Virus record (IMG/VR): IMGVR_UViG_3300027770_000032
Length of the DNA: 64,000 bases
Reading direction: 5' to 3' (one strand)
DNA from: a virus
This document shows positions 30,321 through 40,366 of this stretch, in pieces (the first letter of the stretch is position 1; the number at the start of each line of letters is the position of its first letter). The notes under the pieces are model-generated. The model was not told where the DNA came from. It was given only the letters and a program-made list of their open reading frames with translations, and did no database searches. Position numbers and translations under genes: made by a program.

Positions 30321-31381
30321 AGATTGCTTTAATTACTGACACCCATTGGGGTGCTCGTGGAGATTCTGCGGCTTTCGCAGAATATTTTAATAGGTTTTAT
30401 TATGAACATTTCTTTCCGTACCTTTCTGCTAATGGTATTAGCCGCATTTTTCATTTGGGTGACATTGTTGATCGACGAAAGTATATCAACTTTGTTACAG
30501 CCAGACATTTACGGCGATTCGTCGAACACTGTGATACTTCCGGAATCAGACTAGACGTTATCATTGGTAATCATGATACTTCGTTTAAGAATACGAACGA
30601 AGTGAATTCTATGCGCGAATTGTTTGATCACTCGACGTATGACATTCACTATTACTCAGATCCTACAGAAGTAGATATCGACGGCTTGAGTGTTGCCGTA
30701 CTTCCTTGGATTTGTTCTGGTAACTATGACGAAAGCATGAAGTTTATCGATAACACTTCTGCGCAGGTTTTATTTGGGCATCTCGAACTCGCTGGCTTCG
30801 AGATGTATAAGGGTGCAGTAAATGATCATGGATTTAGCGCTAGCATGTTTGATAAGTTTGATGTCGTGTGTAGTGGGCATTTCCATCATAAATCCACGCG
30901 TGGTAATATCAATTATCTCGGCGCACCCTATGAAATGTCTTGGTCTGACTATGATGATCCAAGGGGCTTTCATATATTTGACACAGACACTCGTGAGCTA
31001 ACATTTATACAGAATCCTTATACGATGTTTCAGAAGTGGTTTTATGATGATGCCAAGTGGCCTAACTTCGAATCGATTCATGAGTTAGATTTCGATACTG
31101 TCAAAGGTAACTATGTGAAGGTAATTGTAAAGAACAAGAACAACCCGTTCTGGTTCGATACATATATTGACAAGCTCGAAAAGGCAGGTGCTCTTGACAT
31201 ACAGGTGGTCGAAGATAATCTCAATCTTCAATTGGAAGATGACCGTGACATTGTCAATGAAGCGGAAGATACACTCACAATCCTCACCAAAGTGATTGAC
31301 CAGTGGGAAACTCCAGTGGATAAAAAAAGATTGTACAATTTCTTAACAACGTTGTATGGTGAAGCTTTAAGTGTGGAGTAA
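30317..31381 (+). CDS. gp47: Recombination endonuclease subunit (Mre11/SbcD-like)
   Basis: DTHWG, HLGD..DRRK, GNHD, SGHFH, YLG. Confidence 0.95.
   Translation: MKIALITDTHWGARGDSAAFAEYFNRFYYEHFFPYLSANGISRIFHLGDIVDRRKYINFVTARHLRRFVEHCDTSGIRLDVIIGNHDTSFKNTNEVNSMRELFDHSTYDIHYYSDPTEVDIDGLSVAVLPWICSGNYDESMKFIDNTSAQVLFGHLELAGFEMYKGAVNDHGFSASMFDKFDVVCSGHFHHKSTRGNINYLGAPYEMSWSDYDDPRGFHIFDTDTRELTFIQNPYTMFQKWFYDDAKWPNFESIHELDFDTVKGNYVKVIVKNKNNPFWFDTYIDKLEKAGALDIQVVEDNLNLQLEDDRDIVNEAEDTLTILTKVIDQWETPVDKKRLYNFLTTLYGEALSVE
31332..31360 (+). promoter_or_regulatory. TGTACA-N17-TATGGT promoter upstream of gp46
   Basis: Member of the motif family; 24 nt before the ATG. Confidence 0.5.
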
Positions 31382-31383
31382 TC

Positions 31384-33099
31384 ATGATTTATTTTAACAA
31401 ACTCCGTTGGCAGAATCTTCTGTCGACTGGAAATCAAATGACTGAAGTCCAATTGGATCGCAGCAAATCTACACTCATTCTCGGTGAAAATGGCGCAGGC
31501 AAGTCGACGATCTTGGATGCGCTGTCTTATGTCTTGTATGGTAAAGCTTTCCGTAATATCAATAAGCCACAGCTTGTCAATTCGATGACAAATAAGAACC
31601 TTTTAGTTGAATGTGAGTTCCTGATAGGAAAAAACGCCTTTCTTGTAAAAAGAGGTATGCGACCTAACCTCTTCGAGATATATCAAAATGGTGTACTATT
31701 AAATCAAAATAGCTCCAATAAAGATTATCAAGATTACTTTGAGAAGCAATTATTGAAATTAAGTTTCAAATCCTTCAGCCAGATCGTAGTATTAGGCTCT
31801 GCAAACTATTTGCCCTTTATGCAGCTCCCAGCTCATGGGCGAAGAGAAGTCATCGAAGATCTTCTGGACATACAAATCTTTAGTACGATGAATACGCTAC
31901 TCAAAGAAAAGATCATTGAGAATCGGAATGAACTTCACGAGTCTGATCATAAGATTAACTTGATCGAAAACAAGATCGAGCTGGCAGAGAAGCACATCGT
32001 ATCTCTTCGTACCAACAATGACGAGCTGATCAAAGCTAAGCAAGGCATGATCGATGAACTCGAAGATCGTGTATCAGAAACTGAAACTGCTATTCAAGTT
32101 GTGTCTGATAACATCTTATCTCTGAGTGCACAGATCGAGGATCATGACAAGGTATCGAAGCGTAAGCTGAAGCTACGTCAGATGGAGACCGATCTCGAGA
32201 CCAAGATTCGTAAGTTTAAGAAAGAGATCTCGTTCTTTCACGATCACGATAACTGCCCGACATGTCGTCAAGGTATCGACCATGATTTCAAAGAAGAATG
32301 GATTAGTAATCGCACGAATAAGACAAGTGAGATTGAAACTGCCATGGTTGAGATCGAAAGACAGATGGAAAACATCGAGACTCGTCTGAACGAGATCGCT
32401 GGTATCAATACACAGATCACGTCTCTCAATACACAGATCACTGGTCATAATGCTGACATTCGTTCGTGGCAGAATTCAATCAAGACTCTCAACGCAGAGA
32501 TCGAATCGATTCGTAATAATACGCTTGCGATTGATACGAGCACTGATGATGTCGATGTTTTCAAGACTGAGTTAAAGAATACCAAAGCTCGCAAAGAAGA
32601 ACTTACACATCATCGTTCGGTTCTGGAAGTAGCAGGTGTTTTGCTCAAAGATACAGGTATCAAGACGAAGATCATTAAGCAATACGTTCCTGTCATGAAT
32701 AAATTGATCAATAAGTATCTCGCAGCCATGGACTTTTTTGTCCAGTTCGAATTGGACGAAAACTTTAATGAAACTATTAAGTCGCGTCACAGAGACGATT
32801 TCAGCTATGCCTCTTTCTCAGAAGGAGAAAAGATGCGCATTGATCTTAGCCTTATGTTTACCTGGAGGGCTATTGCTAAGCTGCGCAATTCTGCTTCGAC
32901 CAACCTTCTCCTCATGGATGAAGTCTTCGACTCGTCGCTCGACGTCGGGGGAACAGAAGAATTCATGAAGATCCTCGAAGGCTTGACACAAGATACGAAC
33001 ACTTTTGTGATCTCACATAAGGGCGATCAGCTCTATGATAAGTTCCATTCGGTGATTAAGTTTGAGAAGCATAAAAATTTCAGTAGGATTGCAGCATGA
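31384..33099 (+). CDS. gp46: Recombination ATPase subunit (Rad50/SbcC-like)
   Basis: GENGAGKST, CPTC zinc hook, FSEGEK.RIDL, DEVFDSSLD, ISH. Confidence 0.96.
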   Translation: MIYFNKLRWQNLLSTGNQMTEVQLDRSKSTLILGENGAGKSTILDALSYVLYGKAFRNINKPQLVNSMTNKNLLVECEFLIGKNAFLVKRGMRPNLFEIYQNGVLLNQNSSNKDYQDYFEKQLLKLSFKSFSQIVVLGSANYLPFMQLPAHGRREVIEDLLDIQIFSTMNTLLKEKIIENRNELHESDHKINLIENKIELAEKHIVSLRTNNDELIKAKQGMIDELEDRVSETETAIQVVSDNILSLSAQIEDHDKVSKRKLKLRQMETDLETKIRKFKKEISFFHDHDNCPTCRQGIDHDFKEEWISNRTNKTSEIETAMVEIERQMENIETRLNEIAGINTQITSLNTQITGHNADIRSWQNSIKTLNAEIESIRNNTLAIDTSTDDVDVFKTELKNTKARKEELTHHRSVLEVAGVLLKDTGIKTKIIKQYVPVMNKLINKYLAAMDFFVQFELDENFNETIKSRHRDDFSYASFSEGEKMRIDLSLMFTWRAIAKLRNSASTNLLLMDEVFDSSLDVGGTEEFMKILEGLTQDTNTFVISHKGDQLYDKFHSVIKFEKHKNFSRIAA

Positions 33100-33236
33100 A
33101 CCAGTGGATTGAAGAGAAAGATGGCAAACAGTATTGGTGTCAATACTTTTCGAAAGATGAACTCATACTTCTGAAAAAGTATCATACAGCAATTAATAGA
33201 ATGACAAAACTAGATTATAGCAGGATTATCAAATGA
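33096..33236 (+). CDS. Small hypothetical protein (46 aa)
   Basis: ATGA overlaps at both ends. Confidence 0.4.
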   Translation: MNQWIEEKDGKQYWCQYFSKDELILLKKYHTAINRMTKLDYSRIIK

Positions 33237-33793
33237 TCAAAGACATCTTAATGCATACGGATCCGATCTTGAAAGAAGAGATGCCGAAGTTTGATTTCGA
33301 TAATCCTATAGTCAATGCTGTAGAACTCTACAACGATCTTGCTGAGACGATGATCGATGCTGAAGGCATGGGACTTTCGGCCAATCAGATTGGTATACGT
33401 ACTCGTATGTTTGTGATGCGATCAGAGAATGTCATCGGTGTGATCAATCCGAAGATTGTCGACGTATCTTCTGAGACGGTCGTCCTTGAAGAAGGCTGCT
33501 TGTCATATCCGAATCTTTTCGTCAAGATCAAGCGCCCGAAGTTTATTAAGGTTCGCTTCACACATCCTGATGGCACGACTGAGACGAAGAAGTTTGACGG
33601 TATTACTGCTCGTGTATTCCAGCATGAGCTCGATCACTTAAATGGAATTCAGCATACCAAGCGAGCGAATACATATCATATGGAACAAGCAAAAAAGCTA
33701 GCGGCGAAAATAAACCGAAAAAACGGTGTACTTAAACCGAAAAATGAGTTATCTTTAGAAGTACAACAAATGATGGATTGGTTAAAAGCATGA
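33233..33793 (+). CDS. def: Peptide deformylase
   Basis: GMGLSANQIG, EGCLS, QHELDHLNG. Confidence 0.95.
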   Translation: MIKDILMHTDPILKEEMPKFDFDNPIVNAVELYNDLAETMIDAEGMGLSANQIGIRTRMFVMRSENVIGVINPKIVDVSSETVVLEEGCLSYPNLFVKIKRPKFIKVRFTHPDGTTETKKFDGITARVFQHELDHLNGIQHTKRANTYHMEQAKKLAAKINRKNGVLKPKNELSLEVQQMMDWLKA

Positions 33794-34197
33794 GTGAAGA
33801 TTGGGTAAGAGATATTTCTGGTATGCATCGGTATTACGGTGTCAATGAGAAGATTCAAGATTTTGATGCCGAGAAGCTGAAGCAGTTTCTTCGGTTTCGC
33901 ATGTCGTTCCTCGACGAAGAACTGACTGAAACAAAGAATGCGGTGAACGCCAATGACGCAGAAGAAATCGTCGATGGTCTAATCGACCTTTGCGTGGTGG
34001 CCATCGGTACATTGGATTCGATGGGTATTGATTCGTATGAGGCATGGAATCGTGTTCTACGCGCCAACCTTCAAAAACAAGTCGGAGTAAAGCCAGAACG
34101 ACCGAATCCTCTCGGTCTTCCAGATCTGATCAAACCTGCTGGTTGGAAGGCTCCATCCCATACTAATAATCATGGATTGCTAGCAAAGCTTAAGTAA
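33790..34197 (+). CDS. All-alpha NTP pyrophosphohydrolase (MazG/PRA-PH-like; candidate dCTPase/dUTPase)
   Basis: EELTE...EEIVDGLIDL, V.RAN..K, DLIKP.GW.AP. Confidence 0.8.
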   Translation: MSEDWVRDISGMHRYYGVNEKIQDFDAEKLKQFLRFRMSFLDEELTETKNAVNANDAEEIVDGLIDLCVVAIGTLDSMGIDSYEAWNRVLRANLQKQVGVKPERPNPLGLPDLIKPAGWKAPSHTNNHGLLAKLK

Positions 34198-34700
34198 TGT
34201 GGATTATTGACAATTTTTTACCTGACTCTTTGTATCAAGATCTTAAATCCTTAATATTAGGAGATAACATCGAATGGAACTATTGTCCAGGTGCTACATA
34301 TAAAGATCAGCACGATGAATTCTATTTTGTGCATAGTGTGATAGCCGAGAATTATACATCACCTCACTTTAAAGATATTAAACCGATACTTTATTTCATG
34401 GATGATAAACTCGGTTTTGTCATTAATAAAATTATAAGAATTAACTGTACGCTTACTACCAATCAAGGTGTACGTAAGCGTACGGCTATGCATATTGATT
34501 TTGACGAACCCCATTACACAGGCATATACTATATCAACGATAACAATGGGCCTACTGTGGTAGAAGATACCGAGGTTGAATGTGTAGCCAATCGATTCTT
34601 ACTATTTGAAGGATCTAAGATGCATAGTGGTACCTTACAAGACGACTGTCATGCCAGAGTTAACATTGTTTTCAATATGCAAGGTTTTTTTCGAAAATAA
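34197..34700 (+). CDS. 2OG-Fe(II) oxygenase
   Basis: IIDNFL, MHID, YYINDNNG.T, NR.LLF.G...H, R.NI.FN. Confidence 0.75.
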   Translation: MWIIDNFLPDSLYQDLKSLILGDNIEWNYCPGATYKDQHDEFYFVHSVIAENYTSPHFKDIKPILYFMDDKLGFVINKIIRINCTLTTNQGVRKRTAMHIDFDEPHYTGIYYINDNNGPTVVEDTEVECVANRFLLFEGSKMHSGTLQDDCHARVNIVFNMQGFFRK

Positions 34701-34703
34701 ACA

Positions 34704-34743
34704 TGTACAATTAATCCAATTCTTGGTATAGTGGACCTATAAT
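34704..34743 (+). promoter_or_regulatory. Early-type promoter TGTACA-N17-TATAGT with second TATAAT
   Basis: Motif family; followed by an AAGGA RBS. Confidence 0.7.
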
Positions 34744-34759
34744 CAAGAAGGAAATGATA

Positions 34760-35047
34760 ATGACTAAGTTTGTGAAGAGCAATTTTGAATACCATGGCGG
34801 ATACCTCCATTACAATACCGCCGCCGGCGAACGTAAGTTTGTCGCCCGCTTTAAGCGTGGCCCAATTACCAAAGCCAAGTTTCAAGCCGCGCTGATCAAG
34901 TATTACGATGTAGATGCCTACTTCGCCCGTCTCGTTGGACCTTACAACGCATATGGTCATACTCCTTTTGGAATGATGATGTATGACGGCATTCTTTGCC
35001 GCCATTACAAAACTCACGAGCTCATCCTTGACGGAAAGGCACTCTAA
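34760..35047 (+). CDS. Hypothetical early protein
   Basis: ORF behind promoter and RBS. Confidence 0.65.
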   Translation: MTKFVKSNFEYHGGYLHYNTAAGERKFVARFKRGPITKAKFQAALIKYYDVDAYFARLVGPYNAYGHTPFGMMMYDGILCRHYKTHELILDGKAL

Positions 35048-35325
35048 TGGATAAGTATGACATCCTTCGCTCTCTTTTGAGTTTACCTCTTTTTAAGGCC
35101 CGTGACTTTGCTATAGCAATTCTTCGTGAAATCCCTGTACCTCCGATGACTAATAGCAGTATACCAGCTATGAGAAAGCGTGCTAGTGTGAATAAACTCA
35201 TTCGTGACATTGAAAATGCAAACTCACCGTTTTCTATTAGTCAGACTATGTGGAATCTTGATCAAGCCAAAGCGGGTTTGAATGTAGCAAACTCCGCGTG
35301 GGACAAACATTACAAAAGTATTTAA
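35047..35325 (+). CDS. Hypothetical protein
   Basis: Coupled TAATG start. Confidence 0.6.
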   Translation: MDKYDILRSLLSLPLFKARDFAIAILREIPVPPMTNSSIPAMRKRASVNKLIRDIENANSPFSISQTMWNLDQAKAGLNVANSAWDKHYKSI

Positions 35326-35333
35326 ATTAAATG

Positions 35334-35362
35334 TGTACATATTATGAAAGATGTGGTAGATT
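35334..35362 (+). promoter_or_regulatory. TGTACA-N17-TAGATT promoter; the ATG is 7 nt downstream, so the mRNA is probably leaderless
   Basis: Motif family; no SD between the -10 and the ATG at 35369. Confidence 0.6.
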
Positions 35363-35368
35363 AAAATT

Positions 35369-35905
35369 ATGACTGAACTATTAGAAAAACTCAAAACCAT
35401 CTTTGCAACAACCGAGCCTGGCTTGGTAATCGACAAAGAATTCCTCGAACTCCGTGAAACTATGAAGTCACGCCTCAATCAAGGCACTCGAAACGACTTC
35501 AAGTTTACCAAAGACGTCGACTGTCTGATGCTCGAAGAATGGCTCATCAAGAAAAACATCGTTCTTGGTCCGCTGCCTGAGCACTGTGAAAAAAGCGGAG
35601 CATGCGTTTATGACGTTCGCGTCGACGATGCTTACATCGATTTCAAATGCATCGATGAGAACCTATACTATAACGTTTCTGAACAAAAGATGAATACACA
35701 CCCATGGGTAGAAGCTGGCATTAAAGCTGGACGCTTGACTCATTATTGTTTTTATCGGATGTATCGGCCTGAAGATCGACCACTCCAAGAAAATGATGTA
35801 GTGACATTCGAATTAATCAATGTACTTAATTCGCAATATGTAGTAGATTCATTAATGCCTTCCAAATTCGATGGCAAATTTTATAAGGTGCCTAAATATG
35901 TCTAA
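35369..35905 (+). CDS. Putative PD-(D/E)xK nuclease, DenB (endonuclease IV)-like
   Basis: LEEWL...YDVRVDDAYIDFK resembles the E...D...(D/E)xK restriction-fold pattern; size is similar to T4 DenB. Confidence 0.45.
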   Translation: MTELLEKLKTIFATTEPGLVIDKEFLELRETMKSRLNQGTRNDFKFTKDVDCLMLEEWLIKKNIVLGPLPEHCEKSGACVYDVRVDDAYIDFKCIDENLYYNVSEQKMNTHPWVEAGIKAGRLTHYCFYRMYRPEDRPLQENDVVTFELINVLNSQYVVDSLMPSKFDGKFYKVPKYV

Positions 35906-36278
35906 AGAACGTGAATCAATTAAAGTCCTCCAAGAATGTGCTGAGATCCAGCTAAAGAAGTCGAAAGACTATCAGAACGAAGCATCACGCATTCGCCAAG
36001 CTGACTACTATCCTCGTGGTGTAGCTACCATCACCGATCTCATCTATGCCAAGACTCTGCGTATGCAATCTGTCATCGAAGCGATGGAAAAAGATCCTAC
36101 ATATACGCCTAACTTCGAATCCATTGTAGACTCTGCAATGGATCTGATTAACTATGCGTCGTTCGTCGTTGCTTATTCTCGTGGTAAGATGGACGGTCAA
36201 TCACCAGATCGTGACTTCCTCAATCGTCCTGTCAAGATAGTTGGCGCGGGCGTTGGAGGTAATCTTGCTGAAGGTTGA
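35898..36278 (+). CDS. Nucleotide-modification-associated protein (DUF1599-like)
   Basis: L.EC..IQ.KK..DY, K..R, D...DLINYA.F. Confidence 0.7.
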   Translation: MSKERESIKVLQECAEIQLKKSKDYQNEASRIRQADYYPRGVATITDLIYAKTLRMQSVIEAMEKDPTYTPNFESIVDSAMDLINYASFVVAYSRGKMDGQSPDRDFLNRPVKIVGAGVGGNLAEG

Positions 36279-36915
36279 AGATATTCGTAATCACTTCATT
36301 GATGAATTGATGGACAGTAACTTTGTCACTGATAAGACTGGTGTCAAAACCATCGAGATGATCGGTGCTACATTCGAAGCAGATGAACCAACCATTTTCG
36401 GTGATGTAAATGATGATTACATTCAACGTGAGCTTGAATGGTACGAGTCAATGTCATTGTATGTCGATGATATTCCTGGTGTTACTCCTGCTATCTGGCA
36501 GAAAGTTGCTGATCGTGGTGGCAAGATCAATTCCAATTATGGTTGGGCTATCTATCATAAAGATAACGGTTTGCAATATATGCGTGTCTTCAATCAATTA
36601 TTACATTTGCCAAATAGTCGTCGCGCAGTCATGATCTACACTCGACCTACTATGTGGGAAGATTACAAGCGTGATGGTATGAGCGACTTCATGTGTACTA
36701 ATACTGTACAGTATATGATTCGTAATGAGCAGCTTGTTGCAATCGTTCAGATGCGTTCGAATGATGTTGTCTTCGGTTATCGTAACGACTATGCATGGCA
36801 AAAGCATGTTGCTGATACTTTGACAGCAGACTTAGGATTAACAAAAGAACCAAAAATTATTTGGCATGTTGGTAGTCTTCATGTGTACGAAAGACATTTT
36901 GATAAGGTAAAGTAA
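36241..36915 (+). CDS. gp42: dCMP hydroxymethylase (thymidylate synthase fold); exact start uncertain
   Basis: KTIEMIGA.F.ADEP.IFG, INSNYGW, GMSDFMCTNTVQY, MRSNDVVFGYRNDYAWQ, GSLHVY closely match T4 gp42, including the dCMP-specifying Asp in RND. Confidence 0.88.
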   Translation: MARALEVILLKVEDIRNHFIDELMDSNFVTDKTGVKTIEMIGATFEADEPTIFGDVNDDYIQRELEWYESMSLYVDDIPGVTPAIWQKVADRGGKINSNYGWAIYHKDNGLQYMRVFNQLLHLPNSRRAVMIYTRPTMWEDYKRDGMSDFMCTNTVQYMIRNEQLVAIVQMRSNDVVFGYRNDYAWQKHVADTLTADLGLTKEPKIIWHVGSLHVYERHFDKVK

Positions 36916-37340
36916 TGAAAGACGTTTTATATTATTCAACTCAGAGTGGCCACGAGATCAGTGATGATGTCGTGGTCGTTGGTTTATGCCCTTCGAGTAA
37001 CGATGTCCGTTCGAGATCAGATACGTATTGGCGTCTCAAGAACTGGATGAACATCGTAGGTCAATATGCATACGACTTCTACAACGTGATTCCTGATATT
37101 GTCGACGCAGAGCCGAAGATGGCGAACGTCAATCTTGAGGATATAAATACTAAGCTAAGCAAGTTTAGAGATAAGAAGGTGATTGCTCTCGGCAACTTTC
37201 CTTCGAAGGTACTCGACAAGCTTGGCATAGATCACCTCAAGATCGGTCATCCTTCAATGCGTAATAGAAAGTGGAACGACTTTCATAACGTAACGATGAC
37301 TCTTGAAAATATGAAAGATTATCTGCGTGGAACTCACTGA
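36915..37340 (+). CDS. Uracil-DNA-glycosylase-fold protein
   Basis: VVVGLCPS, F.NV, KVIALG, HPS.RN motifs. Confidence 0.55.
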   Translation: MKDVLYYSTQSGHEISDDVVVVGLCPSSNDVRSRSDTYWRLKNWMNIVGQYAYDFYNVIPDIVDAEPKMANVNLEDINTKLSKFRDKKVIALGNFPSKVLDKLGIDHLKIGHPSMRNRKWNDFHNVTMTLENMKDYLRGTH

Positions 37341-38487
37341 ATATTATGACGAGTATATCCGATATTTCTATCTAGCAAAAGATCAGCAAGCCAAGTGTAA
37401 TCTTGGTTCTGTGCCATACCTCGAATCGAATATGAACGACGACCTCCTCGAGAACGTAGAGCTCTATGACGTCGTCGAACGTAAGTATGCGGGATTCTCA
37501 CAGATTGTCAATGACGTTTTCTATGGATGGACTCCGGAACATCCATACTGGGACAAGATGGAAAAAGGCCATCATACATACCAAAGGAAGACGATTGCCA
37601 CCGACTGGACTGGTAAGCACTCTGACTTTCAACTTGCCGAATGGTTGTATGTGTTCCTTCTCCATCGTGTGACTGGTTCTGGTATCAACTACTCTGTAAA
37701 ACCTTCGGGCTATTCGAACACCGTTCTTCCACATCTCTACAAGTTTAATACTATTGAAGAGATGACGCGATTCATCAACGTTTATCCATATCCATTCTAC
37801 ACGTCGGTAGGTTATCAGTTTCCTTCCTTTCCAAAGCCGAAACCTGGTTACAAGAGAGGTGGAGACTATTATCTTTCTGAGTATGCACCTCGTCTTTGCC
37901 GAGAAATGGCAGAGTGGCTCGAAGGCAATAACTCCAAGAAAGATCTTCGCGAAATCGGAGAATGGATGTTTGACTGGAATACTAAGAATGGACTTCGTGT
38001 TTATCGATTCCAATATGCTGCATTCGTAGCAGACATTGCCGATTGGTTTCCGCAGTATGTCAATCTTGAAAGCCCATTCTATTATGGTACGAATGCGGTA
38101 GAATGTATCTCATATCTTGCTAACAATACAGATAAGTTGCAAAAAGAAAAGTTCCTCGACAAGGTAATGGAAAAGATTTATGCAGATACAGGCGCGTTCC
38201 CTTACAATGCAGAAGATGTATGCTGCGACTTTATCCGATGGGTCGAGAACTATGTGAAACCGGGTGGAGCTTACAATCATCTCGATTTTGACTCACTGTG
38301 GTCGTCATGCAAAATTAAAGATCACCCGTATGGTCGACAAAAGGCAATGCTGGATCTAGGCCTCGTGAGAACTTTCAATGGTATGACAAACCATCCATCC
38401 GATGATACTGTTCTCAAGCAAGTTGGCATGAGTGTACAAGACTATAAGGCAAAAGTAAATGAACATGTTAACACAACTGCTCGGTGA
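37327..38487 (+). CDS. aGPT-Pplase-like (HhH-fold) DNA base hypermodification protein
   Basis: C-terminal YG.NA..CI...EDVCCDFIRW resembles the G.G...GL...E..LC..KY signature; neighbours gp42. Confidence 0.55.
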   Translation: MELTEYYDEYIRYFYLAKDQQAKCNLGSVPYLESNMNDDLLENVELYDVVERKYAGFSQIVNDVFYGWTPEHPYWDKMEKGHHTYQRKTIATDWTGKHSDFQLAEWLYVFLLHRVTGSGINYSVKPSGYSNTVLPHLYKFNTIEEMTRFINVYPYPFYTSVGYQFPSFPKPKPGYKRGGDYYLSEYAPRLCREMAEWLEGNNSKKDLREIGEWMFDWNTKNGLRVYRFQYAAFVADIADWFPQYVNLESPFYYGTNAVECISYLANNTDKLQKEKFLDKVMEKIYADTGAFPYNAEDVCCDFIRWVENYVKPGGAYNHLDFDSLWSSCKIKDHPYGRQKAMLDLGLVRTFNGMTNHPSDDTVLKQVGMSVQDYKAKVNEHVNTTAR

Positions 38488-39466
38488 GCATGAATTTGAT
38501 ATTGAATATCCGAATATTGCCGAAGTCGAGTATGACGACAAAGGAAAGCCGAAGCAATCATGGATGAAAGACTGGACTCAAGAGGAGAGGACTGAAAAGT
38601 TCTTTGAGTTTTGTCGTGAATATGATTTGCGTCGAGACTCTCTTCTTCGTGACAACTATCAACAGTTCAGTCATCGCATGCATTGGCATGAATGTCCTTT
38701 CGTTGATGAGATCAAGGAAGTCGAAGATTTTAAGACTGTACTCGAAGCATGCCTTATCTTCTCTTTTAGCAATGAACACTGGAAAACTTTTAAAGCATGG
38801 CAATCTGGAGGTCCGGAAGCTATGCGTACTCGTTTTATATCTGAACGTCATGCTCGCTCAGATCTTTTTCAAATCTATTATCCAAAAGATACGAGTGTAA
38901 AAGATTGGCTGTGTGAAGTTCCTACGGCATTTGCAGAGAAGCATGCTGAAAGCTTGTTTGAGAAACGCAATCGACCTTATACGATGATGGAGTTTGCTAA
39001 GAAGTTGAACACGATCTTCGTCGAGGAATTTGGTTTTCGTAATGCCATGTATCCTTGTAAGAACGCAGCTCGTCACGTGGCTATGAGTCATCCCGATTGG
39101 GTGGATCCTGATTCTTTCCTTCATGGCGGTACAGGTTATTTCGACGGACTCAGCCAAGTTTTTGATTGTCCGAATCTGATGAGTAAGAGTAAGTATGATA
39201 TTAACGAGTTCGGTGAGTATGTTGCTTTGAATGATGCGGCGAAGATGCAAGTCGAGCATATGGATTATCTGAAGGCACATCTATCAAATCCCATTCATAC
39301 GCATAACTATCTGAACCTCGAAGACAAGCTTTGTATGCATTATAAATATATGGCAGTCAAGCTTGGCGTGAAGTCGCAGACGATGCAAATCCCATATGAT
39401 TGGGTATATCCCATCGAATGGTCTCTCAAGACGAATAGATATGATAGGCTGACGAATGGCACATAA
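38459..39466 (+). CDS. Second aGPT-Pplase-like DNA modification protein
   Basis: GGTGYFDGL...LEDKLCMHYKY; paralogous C-terminus. Confidence 0.5.
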   Translation: MNMLTQLLGEHEFDIEYPNIAEVEYDDKGKPKQSWMKDWTQEERTEKFFEFCREYDLRRDSLLRDNYQQFSHRMHWHECPFVDEIKEVEDFKTVLEACLIFSFSNEHWKTFKAWQSGGPEAMRTRFISERHARSDLFQIYYPKDTSVKDWLCEVPTAFAEKHAESLFEKRNRPYTMMEFAKKLNTIFVEEFGFRNAMYPCKNAARHVAMSHPDWVDPDSFLHGGTGYFDGLSQVFDCPNLMSKSKYDINEFGEYVALNDAAKMQVEHMDYLKAHLSNPIHTHNYLNLEDKLCMHYKYMAVKLGVKSQTMQIPYDWVYPIEWSLKTNRYDRLTNGT

Positions 39467-40358
39467 TAAACATGTCACCGATGGCGTGAACAAAGACGTA
39501 GGCATTTACGGTTGGGAAAAAGCCAGAGAATATTATCTGAGTCTTGCCGAATCATGGACCGATCCTTATCCAGATCCAGTCGTCACAATTCATGACGGTG
39601 TACGATGTGTACGAGACGATCTCATCACTGGAACGAAAGTTCGTGGTGGTGATTGTCTTATTTCAAGAATGAATCAATCGACTATTGTATATGTTCAACC
39701 TCGCACTGGTCTTGCAGGTGTTTCTCTTCTTGATGTGGCCAAGCGTCATAATAAGAAAGTAAAGTTGTTCATGCCTTCTTCACAAACAATCTCTCATCAT
39801 CAGGCATGCTGTATTGAACAAGGAGCAGATGTCGAGTTTCATCGTATTGCTGCAATGCCAAATCTAAACAAGATCGCCAAAGATTGGGCAGATTCTCAAG
39901 AAGATGCCTTCTTCGTTCCTCTTGGTTTAAAGCATGAACTCGTCACCGCTGGTATTGTGAAGGCTGCATCAAAGATCGAAGCGCCTGATGAAGTCTATGT
40001 CGCCATCTCAACAGGTGTACTCTCACGTGCAATGCAGATCGCGTGGCCAAATGCCAAATTCCACTCAGTTGCAGTGTCTCGTAATCTGAAAGCTGGTGAA
40101 CTTGGCCGTGCTGATGTCATCTCTGAACCGATGCCATTTCAACAAAGCGAGAAGGCAGAGAATCTTCCACCGTTTCCATCGATTGATACTTATGATGGAA
40201 AAGTATGGAAATACATTCCAAAAAATACTGGTAGGAACATCTTATTTTGGAATGTCGGTAAACAACCAGTATTGAATGATCCTACAATCTATGATCGCGT
40301 AAATAGTTACCGCGATTGGCAAAAAAATGATGTACAATATAGGCAACTTGATATATAA
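39456..40358 (+). CDS. PLP-dependent enzyme, fold type II (TrpB/cysteine-synthase-like)
   Basis: VRDDL..GTK.R (PLP lysine), YVAISTGVL, YDGKVW, LFWNVG. Confidence 0.8.
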   Translation: MAHNKHVTDGVNKDVGIYGWEKAREYYLSLAESWTDPYPDPVVTIHDGVRCVRDDLITGTKVRGGDCLISRMNQSTIVYVQPRTGLAGVSLLDVAKRHNKKVKLFMPSSQTISHHQACCIEQGADVEFHRIAAMPNLNKIAKDWADSQEDAFFVPLGLKHELVTAGIVKAASKIEAPDEVYVAISTGVLSRAMQIAWPNAKFHSVAVSRNLKAGELGRADVISEPMPFQQSEKAENLPPFPSIDTYDGKVWKYIPKNTGRNILFWNVGKQPVLNDPTIYDRVNSYRDWQKNDVQYRQLDI

Positions 40359-40359
40359 G
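40331..40359 (+). promoter_or_regulatory. TGTACA-N17-TATAAG promoter
   Basis: Motif family. Confidence 0.45.
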
Positions 40360-40366
40360 GGATAAT

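Noticed and set aside
36241-36915. Calling this gene thymidylate synthase or dUMP hydroxymethylase
   Set aside because: The motifs match T4 gp42 (DFMCTN, FGYRND with Asp) rather than ThyA (PCH, PFN).
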